64,000 bases of DNA from Thermoplasmata archaeon (lineage in GTDB: Archaea; Thermoplasmatota; E2; JACPAO01; JAHFTW01), in NCBI GenBank assembly GCA_034667725.1, contig JAXDQS010000003.1, forward strand, positions 64,001-128,000, in the 5' to 3' direction. Position 1 is the stretch's first letter, and each line of letters opens with the position of its first letter. The notes under the pieces are model-generated. The model was not told where the DNA came from, made no database searches, and saw only the letters and a program-made list of their open reading frames with translations. A program made the translations under genes and the position numbers. Below, one piece after another: positions 55,287 through 64,000 of this stretch.

Positions 55287-56183
55287 GTGGACTTCCAGGA
55301 CCACATCCGGCGCAACAAGCGCGCGACCATCCGGCTGTTCGTCGTCGTCTTTCTGATCGTGGCCGCCCTGGTCACGGTGCTGGGGTACGTGTTCCTGGGG
55401 AACATCTTGATCTCCGCCGTGCTGGCCATCGTGATCGGCCTGGTCTACCTCGCCATTTCCAGCGCCTTCAGCGTCGCCGCCGTCCTCAAGTCCGCCCGCG
55501 CCCGCCCCGCCAACCCCGCCGTCCGCGAGGAGAAGCTCCTCGTCTACAAGGTCGAAGAACTGGCCTTGGCCGCCGGCCTGCCGGTCCCGAAGGTCTACGT
55601 CCAGGAAGACGACGACATCAACGCCTTCGCCACCGGCCGCAACCCCAAGGAGGCCATCGTCTGCGTCACCACGACGGCGCTGCGCGAACTGAACCAGGAG
55701 GAGCTGGAGGGCGTCCTGGCGCACGAGTTGTCGCACATCAAGAACTACGACATCCGCGTCAGCCTCTACGCCATCGCCCTCATCGGCCTCATCGCCATCC
55801 TCGGCGAGATCACCTTCCGCGCCATGTTCTTCAGCGGCGGCCGGCGCGACTCCAAGGTCCCGCCCGTGTTCATCATCGTCGCCCTGGTGTTCGCCATCCT
55901 CGCGCCCATCCTGAGCCGCCTGGTGTACCTCGCCATCAGCCGCCGGCGCGAGTTCCTCGCCGACGCCACCGGCGCCAGCCTCAGCCGCAACCCCGAAGGC
56001 CTCGCCCGTGCCCTCGAGAAGATCGCCGGCCGCCAACCGACGGCGCACCACGGCGACCGCACGGTGGCAAGCCTCTACCTCGACAACCCGTTCCGCAAGC
56101 GCGGCCACCGGGGCTCGGCGTTCAGCACGCACCCGCCGCTGGAGGAGCGCATCGCGCGGCTTAGGAACCGGCGGCAGGGCTGA
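55287..56183 (+). CDS. htpX: M48 family zinc metalloprotease HtpX
   Basis: NAFATG, AHELSH (HExxH), SRRREFLAD, FSTHPP. Confidence 0.93.
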   Translation: MDFQDHIRRNKRATIRLFVVVFLIVAALVTVLGYVFLGNILISAVLAIVIGLVYLAISSAFSVAAVLKSARARPANPAVREEKLLVYKVEELALAAGLPVPKVYVQEDDDINAFATGRNPKEAIVCVTTTALRELNQEELEGVLAHELSHIKNYDIRVSLYAIALIGLIAILGEITFRAMFFSGGRRDSKVPPVFIIVALVFAILAPILSRLVYLAISRRREFLADATGASLSRNPEGLARALEKIAGRQPTAHHGDRTVASLYLDNPFRKRGHRGSAFSTHPPLEERIARLRNRRQG

Positions 56184-56236
56184 GGCCTCTCCGGCCACCA
56201 CAAACCCTATTCCGCGCCCCCCGCGTCGCGCGTCCC

Positions 56237-57800
56237 ATGCGCATCCTGGTCGCCGCCTTCCTGGTGGCCGCCCTCCTGGCCGGCTGCCTCGGCGACAGCC
56301 AAGACACGACCACGCCGCCCACGCAGCCGCCGGCCGTCGAACTGAGCCCCAAGCTCTACGACGTCCTGCCCGCCGAGGAGGCCTGGATCGGTTCGCCGCA
56401 GGACGGGGTGCGCCTCCACAACGCGGTCTATCGTCCGGACACGGACGCGCCGGTCCCGGTCTTCATCAACTTCAGCCCGTACTGGGGCGACTCGGCGATG
56501 CTGGGCGGCGACAACTTCGCCCGCTACATGGTGGAGGAGTACGTGCCGCGCGGCTACGCGGTGGTGCTGTCGGCGGTGCGCGGCACGGGCCATTCCGAGG
56601 GCTGCTTCCAGATCGGCGGCGACGTGGAGCTGCAGGACGCGCACGACGTGGTCGACTTCTTCGCCAAGCAGCCCTGGTCCTCCGGCGCCGTCGCGGCCGG
56701 CGGCAAGTCCTACGATTCCACCACGCAGAACGGCATGGTCGCCAAGTTCCCGCACCCCGCCCTCAAGGGCATCTTCCACGTGTCGGGCATCACCGACATG
56801 TACGCTTACAACTACAAGGCCGGCGTCCCGTACTCGAACGGCCTGGAGTTCACGCCGCGCTACTTCGCCACCCAGGCGTTCGACGAGTACTTGGCCGGCG
56901 AGCCGGCAGACGAAGGCCCCGAGTCGTTGGCGCGCGTGCTGGACGACGCGGCCTGCGCCGAGCTGCCGGAGCACGTCGCCTCCGGGGAGGGCTCGGCGGC
57001 GCACGGCATCAAGGACGCCTACTGGGTCGAGCGCGACTGGGCGCCGTTCATGGAGGACTCCACCTGGAACGGCACCGTGTTCTTCGTCCACGGCCTGTCG
57101 GACTGGAACGTCAAGCCCGACCACATCCTGCCCTGGGTGCAGGTCCTCCAGCAGAAGGGCGTCCCCGTCCTCGGCTGGCTGCACCAGTGGAGCCAGGACG
57201 GCACCGGCCACGTGTACCCGATGCGCGCGGACTGGAACCAGACGATGCTGGCCTGGCTCGACTTCACCCTCAAGGGCAAGGACGTCCCGGTGCCGTGGGG
57301 CTACGAGGCGCAAGGCAGCGACGAGCTGTGGCGCCGCAGCGACGCCTGGCCGCCCGCCAGCCGCGTGGTGCTCGTGAACGGCACCGGCGACGCCGGCAAG
57401 GTGCCGCCGGGCACCCGCCTCGTCGGCGTCCAGAAGGCCGAGGTCCGGTTCATGGCGGCCACCGCCGACCCCGTCCTGCGCGTCGTCGTGTACGACGGCG
57501 ACCGCTGGGTGACGGAAGGCGTGGCCCGCCCCGCGCTGTCGGAGGACCTCTCGGGCCCCGCCGGCTACGTCCCGGGGACCGAAGAGGCGTGGATGGTGAC
57601 GCTGTTCCCCGTCGACCACGTCGTGGAGGGGGCGTTGAGCCTCGCCTTCGGGTTCCCGACCAACGGGCAGGCGGAGACGCCGTCCGGGTTCGTCGCGACG
57701 CCCCGTCACCTACCTGGGCGGGGCGCTGTTTGCCGCCGCCGCGGCCGACGCCACCCCGACCGCCGTCCAGCCCGCGCCGATGGCCTGCTTCGCCTGCTGA
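56237..57800 (+). pseudogene. CocE/NonD (peptidase S15-like) hydrolase lipoprotein with apparent +1 frameshift near its 3' end
   Basis: Lipobox LAGC, SPY, VRGTG.SEG, GKSYD, HG.DWNV. A natural-looking end (..VTYLGG..QPAPMACFAC*) lies in the +1 frame after the C4 run at 57701-57704. Confidence 0.65.
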
Positions 57801-57808
57801 GGATTCCC

Positions 57809-59512
57809 ATGAAGACCGTCTTCGCCGCCGCCCTGCTGCTCGCCGCCCTGCTCGCGGGCTGCGCCAACCCCGAGCCTGCCCCCGAGGCGCCGCCGTCGAG
57901 CCCGGTGCGGGCGCCGCTCACCGAGCCCCTGCACAAGATCGGGGCGCACCTCGACCACACCTTCGTCGCCACGACCGGGACGCAGCTCTACGTCGACTAC
58001 GTCCTGCCGGAGCCGCTGCCCCAAGGCGGCGCCCCCGTGATCCTGGTGTTCACGCCCTACCAGGACCCCGACGCGCCGCAGCCTCCCGCCGGCGAAGGCC
58101 CGGCCGGCCAGGACGCGCCGTACAACACGCGGCTGGTGGAGGACTTCGTGCCGCGCGGCTACGCGGTCGCGTTCGCGGACGTGCGCGGCAACCACAACGC
58201 CGGCGGCTGCGTCGACCAGACCGGCCCTGAGCAGTGGCAGGACGGCTACGACTACGTCGAGTGGCTGGGGACGCAGGCATGGTCGAACGGCAACGTCGGC
58301 ATGTACGGCGCCTCCTACGACGGCGAGACCCAGTTCACGACCGCCATGATGGCGCCGCCGCACCTGAAGGCCATCGTGCCCGTCGCAAGCGTCAGCAACC
58401 AGTACGAGTGGAGCTTCTACCAAGGCGTCCCCTACGAGACGCAGCCCACTCTCGGGATGGCGGTCTACCTGCAAGGCTCCCTGGTCCCCTCGACGGACCC
58501 GGACAACGCCGCGCTCTACCCCGAGAAGCTCTCCTGCCAAGACCAGATGCTCGCGGCCGGCGTGGACTTCAGCGGCGACATGAACGCCTTCTGGAAACGG
58601 CTCGACTACCGCCCGATGGCCGGCAACATCACGGCCGCCGTGCTGCACGTGCACGGGCTCGTCGACTGGAACGTCCGCCCCGTCCACATCGACCCGCTGT
58701 TCAACGACATCCAGTCCACCAAGCGCGCCATCTACGGCCAATGGGCCCACGCCTACCCCGACCGCAAGGACTGGCAGGACCTCCTGCACGCCTGGTACGA
58801 CCACTTCCTGTTCGGGCGGGAGAACGGCATCCTCGACATCTTGCCCCCGGTGCTCATCGAGGACGACCAAGGCGCGTGGCACGGCATCGAGAGCTTCCCG
58901 CCGCCCGTGGAGTGGCTGGAGCTGGAGCTGACGGGCGACGGCCGCCTGGTCCCGTCCGGCCAGGCCGAGCCTGTCGAGGCCGAGATCGCGGACTACCCCG
59001 AGGAGGCCATGGTGGGCGCCGGCGCCGTCGACGTGTCGGACCCCAGCGGCCAGCTTGCCCCCGACCGGCTCGCCTTCGCCTACACGCCCGACCGCGAGCT
59101 GCGCCTCGTCGGCCGCCCCGAGCTGCGCTTCACGGCAACTACCGACGAGAAGTCCACCCACTGGGGCGTCCACCTCGGCGCCGCCGACTGCGCGGGCGCC
59201 AGCGACTGCCTGAACACGGGCTACCAGGACACGCGGCACCGCGACGGCCTCGACAACCCCAAGGACCTGGAGTCCGGCGTGCCCTACAACCTCACCGTCC
59301 GGATGTATCCCCAGTACGACGTGCTGGGCGCCGGCCAGGAGGTCACGTTGACGCTCCTGCAAAACGATGGCGAGGTCAGCCAAGACCCCACGTTCGCGCG
59401 CAGCATGGTGGCGCTGGGCGGCGGCCGGGCCCTGCTCAGACTGCCCGTTCATTCCGGCGGCGTTCCATTGCCGGCGGACGAGCTGCCCGAGACGTATCCG
59501 GGCTACCTGTAG
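57809..59512 (+). CDS. CocE/NonD (peptidase S15-like) hydrolase lipoprotein
   Basis: Own ATG and lipobox MKTVFAAALLLAALLAGC; TPY, WSNGNVGMYGASYDG, HG.DWNV, GQWAH. Confidence 0.85.
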   Translation: MKTVFAAALLLAALLAGCANPEPAPEAPPSSPVRAPLTEPLHKIGAHLDHTFVATTGTQLYVDYVLPEPLPQGGAPVILVFTPYQDPDAPQPPAGEGPAGQDAPYNTRLVEDFVPRGYAVAFADVRGNHNAGGCVDQTGPEQWQDGYDYVEWLGTQAWSNGNVGMYGASYDGETQFTTAMMAPPHLKAIVPVASVSNQYEWSFYQGVPYETQPTLGMAVYLQGSLVPSTDPDNAALYPEKLSCQDQMLAAGVDFSGDMNAFWKRLDYRPMAGNITAAVLHVHGLVDWNVRPVHIDPLFNDIQSTKRAIYGQWAHAYPDRKDWQDLLHAWYDHFLFGRENGILDILPPVLIEDDQGAWHGIESFPPPVEWLELELTGDGRLVPSGQAEPVEAEIADYPEEAMVGAGAVDVSDPSGQLAPDRLAFAYTPDRELRLVGRPELRFTATTDEKSTHWGVHLGAADCAGASDCLNTGYQDTRHRDGLDNPKDLESGVPYNLTVRMYPQYDVLGAGQEVTLTLLQNDGEVSQDPTFARSMVALGGGRALLRLPVHSGGVPLPADELPETYPGYL

Positions 59513-59552
59513 AGCGGCGGCTTCAAAGACCACCGTCGGGTCGGCGCTCGCG

Positions 59553-60680
59553 ATGGCGGACGCGAAGGTTGTCTCGACCCCTGGCGACGGCGTGGGCAAG
59601 GAGGTCGTCCCGGCGGCCTTGACGGTCCTGGAGGCCTTGCAAGAGAAGCACGGCTTCCACCTGGACGTCCAGCACGTCGACTGCGGCGCGCAGCACTACC
59701 AGAAAACCGGCCACGAGTGGGAGGAGGGCGGGCTGGCGCGCTGCGGCGAGGCCGACGCCGTCCTCCTGGGCGCCGTGGGCTGGCCGGGTGTCTCGCTGCC
59801 CGACGGCAACATCGCGGGCTGGAACGTCATCTTCGGCCTCCGCCTCGGCCTCGACCTGTACGCCAACGTCCGCCCGTGCCGCCTCTACCCCGGCGTCCCG
59901 CACAAGATCTCTGAGGCGTTCACCCAGGTGTGGAAGCCCGAGAACGTGGACATGCTCATCTTCCGCGAGAACACCGAGGGCTCCTACACTCCGACGCGCG
60001 GGATGCTGACGCGGGCTGGCGTCGACGAGGTCGCCATCGACTCGCGCGTCATCACCCGCAAGGGCGCCACCCGCATCAACGAGCGGGCGTTCGAGGCCGC
60101 CGAGGCGCGCGCCAAGGCCCGCGGGCCCGGCTCCAAGCGCGAGACCAAGGTGACCTGCGTGGACAAGTCGAACGTCCGCGCCGGCTGCCGCTTGTTCCGC
60201 GCCTGCTACGACGAGGTCGGCAAGGCCCACCCGGCCGTCAAGCGGGACTACTCCTACGTCGACGCCTTCACCCAGAGCCTGGTGCGCAACCCGGAGTGGT
60301 ACGACGTCGTGGTGGCGCCCAACATGCTCGGCGACATCATCACCGACCTCGCCGCCGTCCTCCAAGGCGGCATGGGCATGGCCGGCAGCGGCAACATCGG
60401 CGACCGGCACGCCATGTTCGAGCCCGTCCACGGCTCCGCGCCCAAGCACGCGGGGCAGGACGTCATCAACCCCTATGCCACCATCCTCACCACCGGCATG
60501 ATGCTGGAGCACCTCGGCCGCAAGAAGAACAACGCCCGCATGACGGCCGCCGCCGCCACCTTGGAGCGGGCGGTCCAGGAGTGCCTCGCGCGCCGCGTCT
60601 TCACCTACGACCTCGGCGGCAAGCACAAGTGCAGCCAGGTCGGGCACGAGGTCGCACAGGCCGTGAAGGCCCTCCCCTGA
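59553..60680 (+). CDS. Isocitrate/isopropylmalate dehydrogenase family protein
   Basis: PGDGVGKEV, LYANVRP, RENTEG.Y, DKSNV, NMLGDIITD and EPVHGSAPKHAG. Confidence 0.9.
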   Translation: MADAKVVSTPGDGVGKEVVPAALTVLEALQEKHGFHLDVQHVDCGAQHYQKTGHEWEEGGLARCGEADAVLLGAVGWPGVSLPDGNIAGWNVIFGLRLGLDLYANVRPCRLYPGVPHKISEAFTQVWKPENVDMLIFRENTEGSYTPTRGMLTRAGVDEVAIDSRVITRKGATRINERAFEAAEARAKARGPGSKRETKVTCVDKSNVRAGCRLFRACYDEVGKAHPAVKRDYSYVDAFTQSLVRNPEWYDVVVAPNMLGDIITDLAAVLQGGMGMAGSGNIGDRHAMFEPVHGSAPKHAGQDVINPYATILTTGMMLEHLGRKKNNARMTAAAATLERAVQECLARRVFTYDLGGKHKCSQVGHEVAQAVKALP

Positions 60681-60715
60681 CCCGCCCACTACCCACCACC
60701 CGCCCCCTACCACTG

Positions 60716-60767
60716 GACACAGATTCCACAGACCGCCTTTTTGGACAGGTTCTGTGGAATCTGTGTC
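60716..60767. repeat. Perfect 17-bp inverted repeat of the same family as the 44846-45094 repeats; possible bidirectional terminator
   Basis: GACACAGATTCCACAGA-N18-TCTGTGGAATCTGTGTC; a 16-mer of the right arm is identical to 45006-45021. Confidence 0.85.
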
Positions 60768-60795
60768 TAGTTGGGGCGGCTGTGTCTAGTCGGGG

Positions 60796-61749
60796 CTAGT
60801 TGGGGGCGTGCGCGGTCTTGGCCGCCGGCACGATCGCTTGCGTGCTGGGGCCTTGCGGCTCGACGTACACGAACTTGAGCTGCGGCAGCGCCTGCACCAA
60901 GGCGGTCTCGATGCGCGCGGTGGCCGCCAGCATCTGGCCCGGGCCCGATTCGCGCAGCTCGACCTCGGCGCCCAGGAGCACCACGTCGGGGCCAAGGTAC
61001 ATGCTCTGCAGGCCCGCGATGCGCACGGTAGCGGGGTCGGCCGCGATGATGGCGGTGACGCGCTCCAAGTCGCGGCGGGACAGGCCGGCGCCGATCAACA
61101 GGCGCTGCACCACGCTGCCCAAGAACAGCGCGATGCCCATCAGCAGCAGGCCGATGGTCAGGCTGCCGGCGGCGTCCCAGCGCGGGTCGCCGGTCGCCTG
61201 CGCCAGCACCAGCGCGAGCGCGGCGATGGGCAGGCCGACGAGGGCGAGGCCGTCCTCCACCAGCACCGTGATGAGGGTGGCGTCGCGGTTCTCGTCGAGG
61301 AACTGGCGGAGGTTGGCGATGCCGCGGCGGCGGGCGCCCTTCTTGGCTTCCCGGAACGCGATGAACAAGGAGACGGCTTCGATGGCGAAGGCGGCGGCGA
61401 GGACGGCGAGGCTAAGGCGGATGTCGCCGATCGCGTGCGGGTGCTGGAACTTCTCGATGCCCTCGAACGCGGAGTATGCGCCGGCGACGCCGAACAGCAG
61501 GATGGCGACCATGAACGGCCAGAAGTAGGCGGCCTTGCCGGTGCCGAACGGGTGCTCCGGCGACGGCGGGCGGTGGGCGCGCGCGATGCCAAGCAGCAGC
61601 AGGATCTGGTTGCCGACGTCGCTGAAGCTGTGCGCGGCCTCGGCGAACATGGCGGCGGACTGGGAGGCAAGGCCCGCGACCAGCTTGAGGATGGCGATCA
61701 GCAGGTTGCCCAACAGGGCGGCGACGACGGCCAGGCGGGACTCGGCCAC
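60796..61749 (-). CDS. Cation diffusion facilitator family transporter
   Basis: AALLGNLLIAILK, AEAAHSFSD, HPFG, VLVED, WDAAGS. GTG 61749. Confidence 0.9.
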   Translation of the reverse strand: MAESRLAVVAALLGNLLIAILKLVAGLASQSAAMFAEAAHSFSDVGNQILLLLGIARAHRPPSPEHPFGTGKAAYFWPFMVAILLFGVAGAYSAFEGIEKFQHPHAIGDIRLSLAVLAAAFAIEAVSLFIAFREAKKGARRRGIANLRQFLDENRDATLITVLVEDGLALVGLPIAALALVLAQATGDPRWDAAGSLTIGLLLMGIALFLGSVVQRLLIGAGLSRRDLERVTAIIAADPATVRIAGLQSMYLGPDVVLLGAEVELRESGPGQMLAATARIETALVQALPQLKFVYVEPQGPSTQAIVPAAKTAHAPN

Positions 61750-61787
61750 GGGCGGCGGAGGGGGCGCGACGGAAAAACTCCCTGCCG

Positions 61788-63449
61788 CTACCCGGGTTGG
61801 GGCGCCAGCTTCGCCAGCCGCGCCACCAGCTGCCCCAAGAACGCCTCGTCCGGCGCGTCCCGGCCCTCGACGACGCCTTGGATGTCCGCCCACTTCGACT
61901 CCAGCACGCCCATGACCTCGCGCTCGATGGTGTTGGCGGCGACGATGTACCAGGCGTTGACGTGGTCGCGTTGCCCGATGCGGTGCAGGCGGCCTTCGCA
62001 CTGCTCGTGCTTGGTGGGGGTCCAGTCCAGCTCGACGAAGGCGACGTGGCTGGCGTGCATCTGGATGCCGTCGACGCCGTAGCCGGTGGAGTCCATGGTG
62101 GCCACCACGAAGTCGTAGAGGTCCAAGGTGTCGAGGATGCTGCGCCGCGTCTGCACCGGCGTGTCCCCCGTCAGGATGGCGACGTCGCCCGGCAGCGCCT
62201 CCGCCAGGCGCGCGACCACCTCCTTGTGGTAGGCGAAGAACACGACCCGCTCGCCCGACTCGACCAAGGGCTCCACCCAGTCGCGCACGAAGCCGATCTT
62301 GCCGAGCGCCGCCTGCTTCCGGAGCTTGGTGAGGTGGCCGCGCAGCTCCAGGAAGCCGCCGCCGGGCCCCATCATCTTGCGGGCCTCGTCGCCGTGCAGC
62401 GCCTGCCACTTGCGCACCCAGTCGAGCACCGCCTTCTCCTCCTTCTGGTAGGCGGGGGTCGCGACCATCTCGACATCGACGCGGGTGCGCACCAGCGGCG
62501 GCAGGTCGGCGGCCACCTCGTCCTTGGTGCGCCGGACCATGCAGGTCGCCTTCAGTCGCTCATGCAGGGTGCGGCGGTCGAGGCGGGCAAGCGCGTTCAG
62601 GGCGTGCGTCTCGGGAAGCGGCCCTTGCTCGGGGCGCCACCAGTGCGGCAGGATCCCCCGGTAGATCGACAGCACGTTCTCCAGCTGCCCGAGCAGCCGC
62701 AACTGATGGAGCAGGTCCTCGCGGCGGTTCTTGATGGGCGTGCCCGTGAGCGCCAGCCGCATCGCGACGCCCTCGACGAGCGCCATCGCGTTCTTGCTGC
62801 GCTGCGCGCCCGGGTTCTTGAAGAAATGCGCCTCGTCCAACACCACGGCCTTCGGCTTGAGCGCCTGCAAGTCGTCGAGGCGGCGGCCCAAGAGCTCCGG
62901 GTTCAGGACCGTGATCTCGGCGCCTTGCAGCTTGTCGCGGCCGGCGTGCAGCACCTGGACGTTGCGCCACGGAGTCCACTTCAGCACCTCCTGCCGCCAC
63001 CCCAGCTTGACCGCCGCGGGGCACACCACGACGGCCGGGTACGCCTCCGCCTTCTCGATGGCCACCAACGCCTGCAACGACTTGCCGAGGCCCATCGAGT
63101 CCGCCAGCAGCACCCGCTTGCGCTCCAGGATTGCGGCAACACCCTCGCGCTGGTAGGGCCGCAGCCGGGTCTCCAGGTCGCGCACCCGCTCCGGCCGCCC
63201 CCCCTCGCCGACCTCGCCCTCCAATTCGTCGAGCCGGGCCCGGGTCGCCAGCTGCGCGTCGATGGCGCCGGTGTCCAGCAGCCAGCGCATCGCGGCCACG
63301 TCGCGGGTGGCGGCGCCGAACGTCCAGGCGTGCGCGGCGCGGTCCCAGCGCGGCAGGCCGAGGCCCCGGTCCTTCAGTTCGCGGCTGGCCTCCGGCGGCA
63401 GCGCCCGGTCGAGGCGGAACTGCCCGTCGGCGAAGCGCAGTTGGAGCAT
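61788..63449 (-). CDS. SNF2-family (SMARCAL1/HARP-like) helicase/ATPase
   Basis: LRPYQ, LADSMGLGKS, VVCPA, DEAH, LTGTP, FAYH and QCEGRLHRIGQ. Confidence 0.9.
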   Translation of the reverse strand: MLQLRFADGQFRLDRALPPEASRELKDRGLGLPRWDRAAHAWTFGAATRDVAAMRWLLDTGAIDAQLATRARLDELEGEVGEGGRPERVRDLETRLRPYQREGVAAILERKRVLLADSMGLGKSLQALVAIEKAEAYPAVVVCPAAVKLGWRQEVLKWTPWRNVQVLHAGRDKLQGAEITVLNPELLGRRLDDLQALKPKAVVLDEAHFFKNPGAQRSKNAMALVEGVAMRLALTGTPIKNRREDLLHQLRLLGQLENVLSIYRGILPHWWRPEQGPLPETHALNALARLDRRTLHERLKATCMVRRTKDEVAADLPPLVRTRVDVEMVATPAYQKEEKAVLDWVRKWQALHGDEARKMMGPGGGFLELRGHLTKLRKQAALGKIGFVRDWVEPLVESGERVVFFAYHKEVVARLAEALPGDVAILTGDTPVQTRRSILDTLDLYDFVVATMDSTGYGVDGIQMHASHVAFVELDWTPTKHEQCEGRLHRIGQRDHVNAWYIVAANTIEREVMGVLESKWADIQGVVEGRDAPDEAFLGQLVARLAKLAPQPG

Positions 63450-64000
63450 CTATTGGGCCGCCAGGGCGACCGTCGGCGACGGCACGGCAAACAGTACGAC
63501 CGGCCCGTCGCTGCGCATCGCGACGACCTCGTGGCCGGCGCCCGCCAGGACGACGGCGTCCGTCGGGTGGAGCGCGCCGGCGTCGGCGAGGACGGCGGCC
63601 GACCGGCACAGCACCCGGCCGCCGTCGACGCGGCCCACCGCCTGGCCGCCGTCCGCCGGCACGAACGCCCAGCGCGGGCCCGGCGCGGGCCGCGGCGGCG
63701 CGTCGGCCGCCAGGCGCGGGAAGCGCGGCTCGGTCGCATCGACGGCGGCGGACTGGCCGTCGCCCTCGACGTGGAGGGTGTGGTTCCAGGCCAGCAGGGT
63801 GGCCGGACGCGGGACCGGCACCTCGATGCTGGCGAGCTGCTGGAGGTGCTCGTCGTAAGCGGCTAGCCGGCCGTCGGTGGCCACCCACAGCACGTCCTGG
63901 TCGAGCGCGAAGGCGCGCGCCGGCGGGCTCGCGGCGCTGGCCAGCTCGAAGCCGGCGTCGTCCACGCGCGCGATCCGGCCCGGCTCCGCGACCACCCACC
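63450..64000 (-). CDS. Hypothetical beta-rich protein, 5' end outside window
   Basis: Open frame abutting the helicase start; propeller-like segments (LWVATDGRLAAYD). Confidence 0.55.
   Translation of the reverse strand, partial: WVVAEPGRIARVDDAGFELASAASPPARAFALDQDVLWVATDGRLAAYDEHLQQLASIEVPVPRPATLLAWNHTLHVEGDGQSAAVDATEPRFPRLAADAPPRPAPGPRWAFVPADGGQAVGRVDGGRVLCRSAAVLADAGALHPTDAVVLAGAGHEVVAMRSDGPVVLFAVPSPTVALAAQ

Noticed and set aside
56237-59512. Single 1091-aa double-hydrolase protein
   Set aside because: The internal signal peptide/lipobox and the better +1-frame terminus indicate two genes joined by a frameshift.
60681-60714. G-quadruplex on the minus strand
   Set aside because: The pattern is present, but such G-runs are common at this GC content and there is no independent support.

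Overview
A very GC-rich archaeal chromosomal segment. Archaeal markers include gatD/gatE, rpl18e-rpl13-rps9-rpoN(rpo10), an archaeal Elp3, class III signal-peptide pilins with PilB/PilC, and TATA-like boxes about 25-30 nt upstream of many start codons. Gene content suggests an uncultured Thermoplasmatota-like lineage (inference). I call about 65 CDS and one tRNA-Val(GAC); most long ORFs in the supplied track are antisense or off-frame shadows. Core functions are split sucC/sucD, TrkAH, GatDE, Elp3, a beta-oxidation HADH-ECH fusion, Hps-RraA, dispersed LeuC/LeuD/LeuB-family genes, LemA-HtpX, two ABC exporters, a CDF transporter and an SNF2/SMARCAL1-like ATPase, plus many lipobox and secreted proteins. 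I saw no transposase, integrase, cas gene or rRNA. The most notable observations are: (i) a 30-bp promoter-region motif shared by sucC, sucD and a zinc-ribbon membrane gene lying between them; (ii) a family of ~9-nt-periodic palindromic REP-like repeats between convergent genes; (iii) a stand-alone 7TM protein coupled to a soluble PAS histidine kinase and a receiver protein beside a type IV pilus locus; (iv) an ABC permease-PrsW protease fusion near two small 6-Cys secreted peptides; (v) a membrane-anchored PD-(D/E)XK-like nuclease; (vi) a TrkH with altered filter motifs; and (vii) a +1 frameshift fusing two CocE/NonD lipoproteins.
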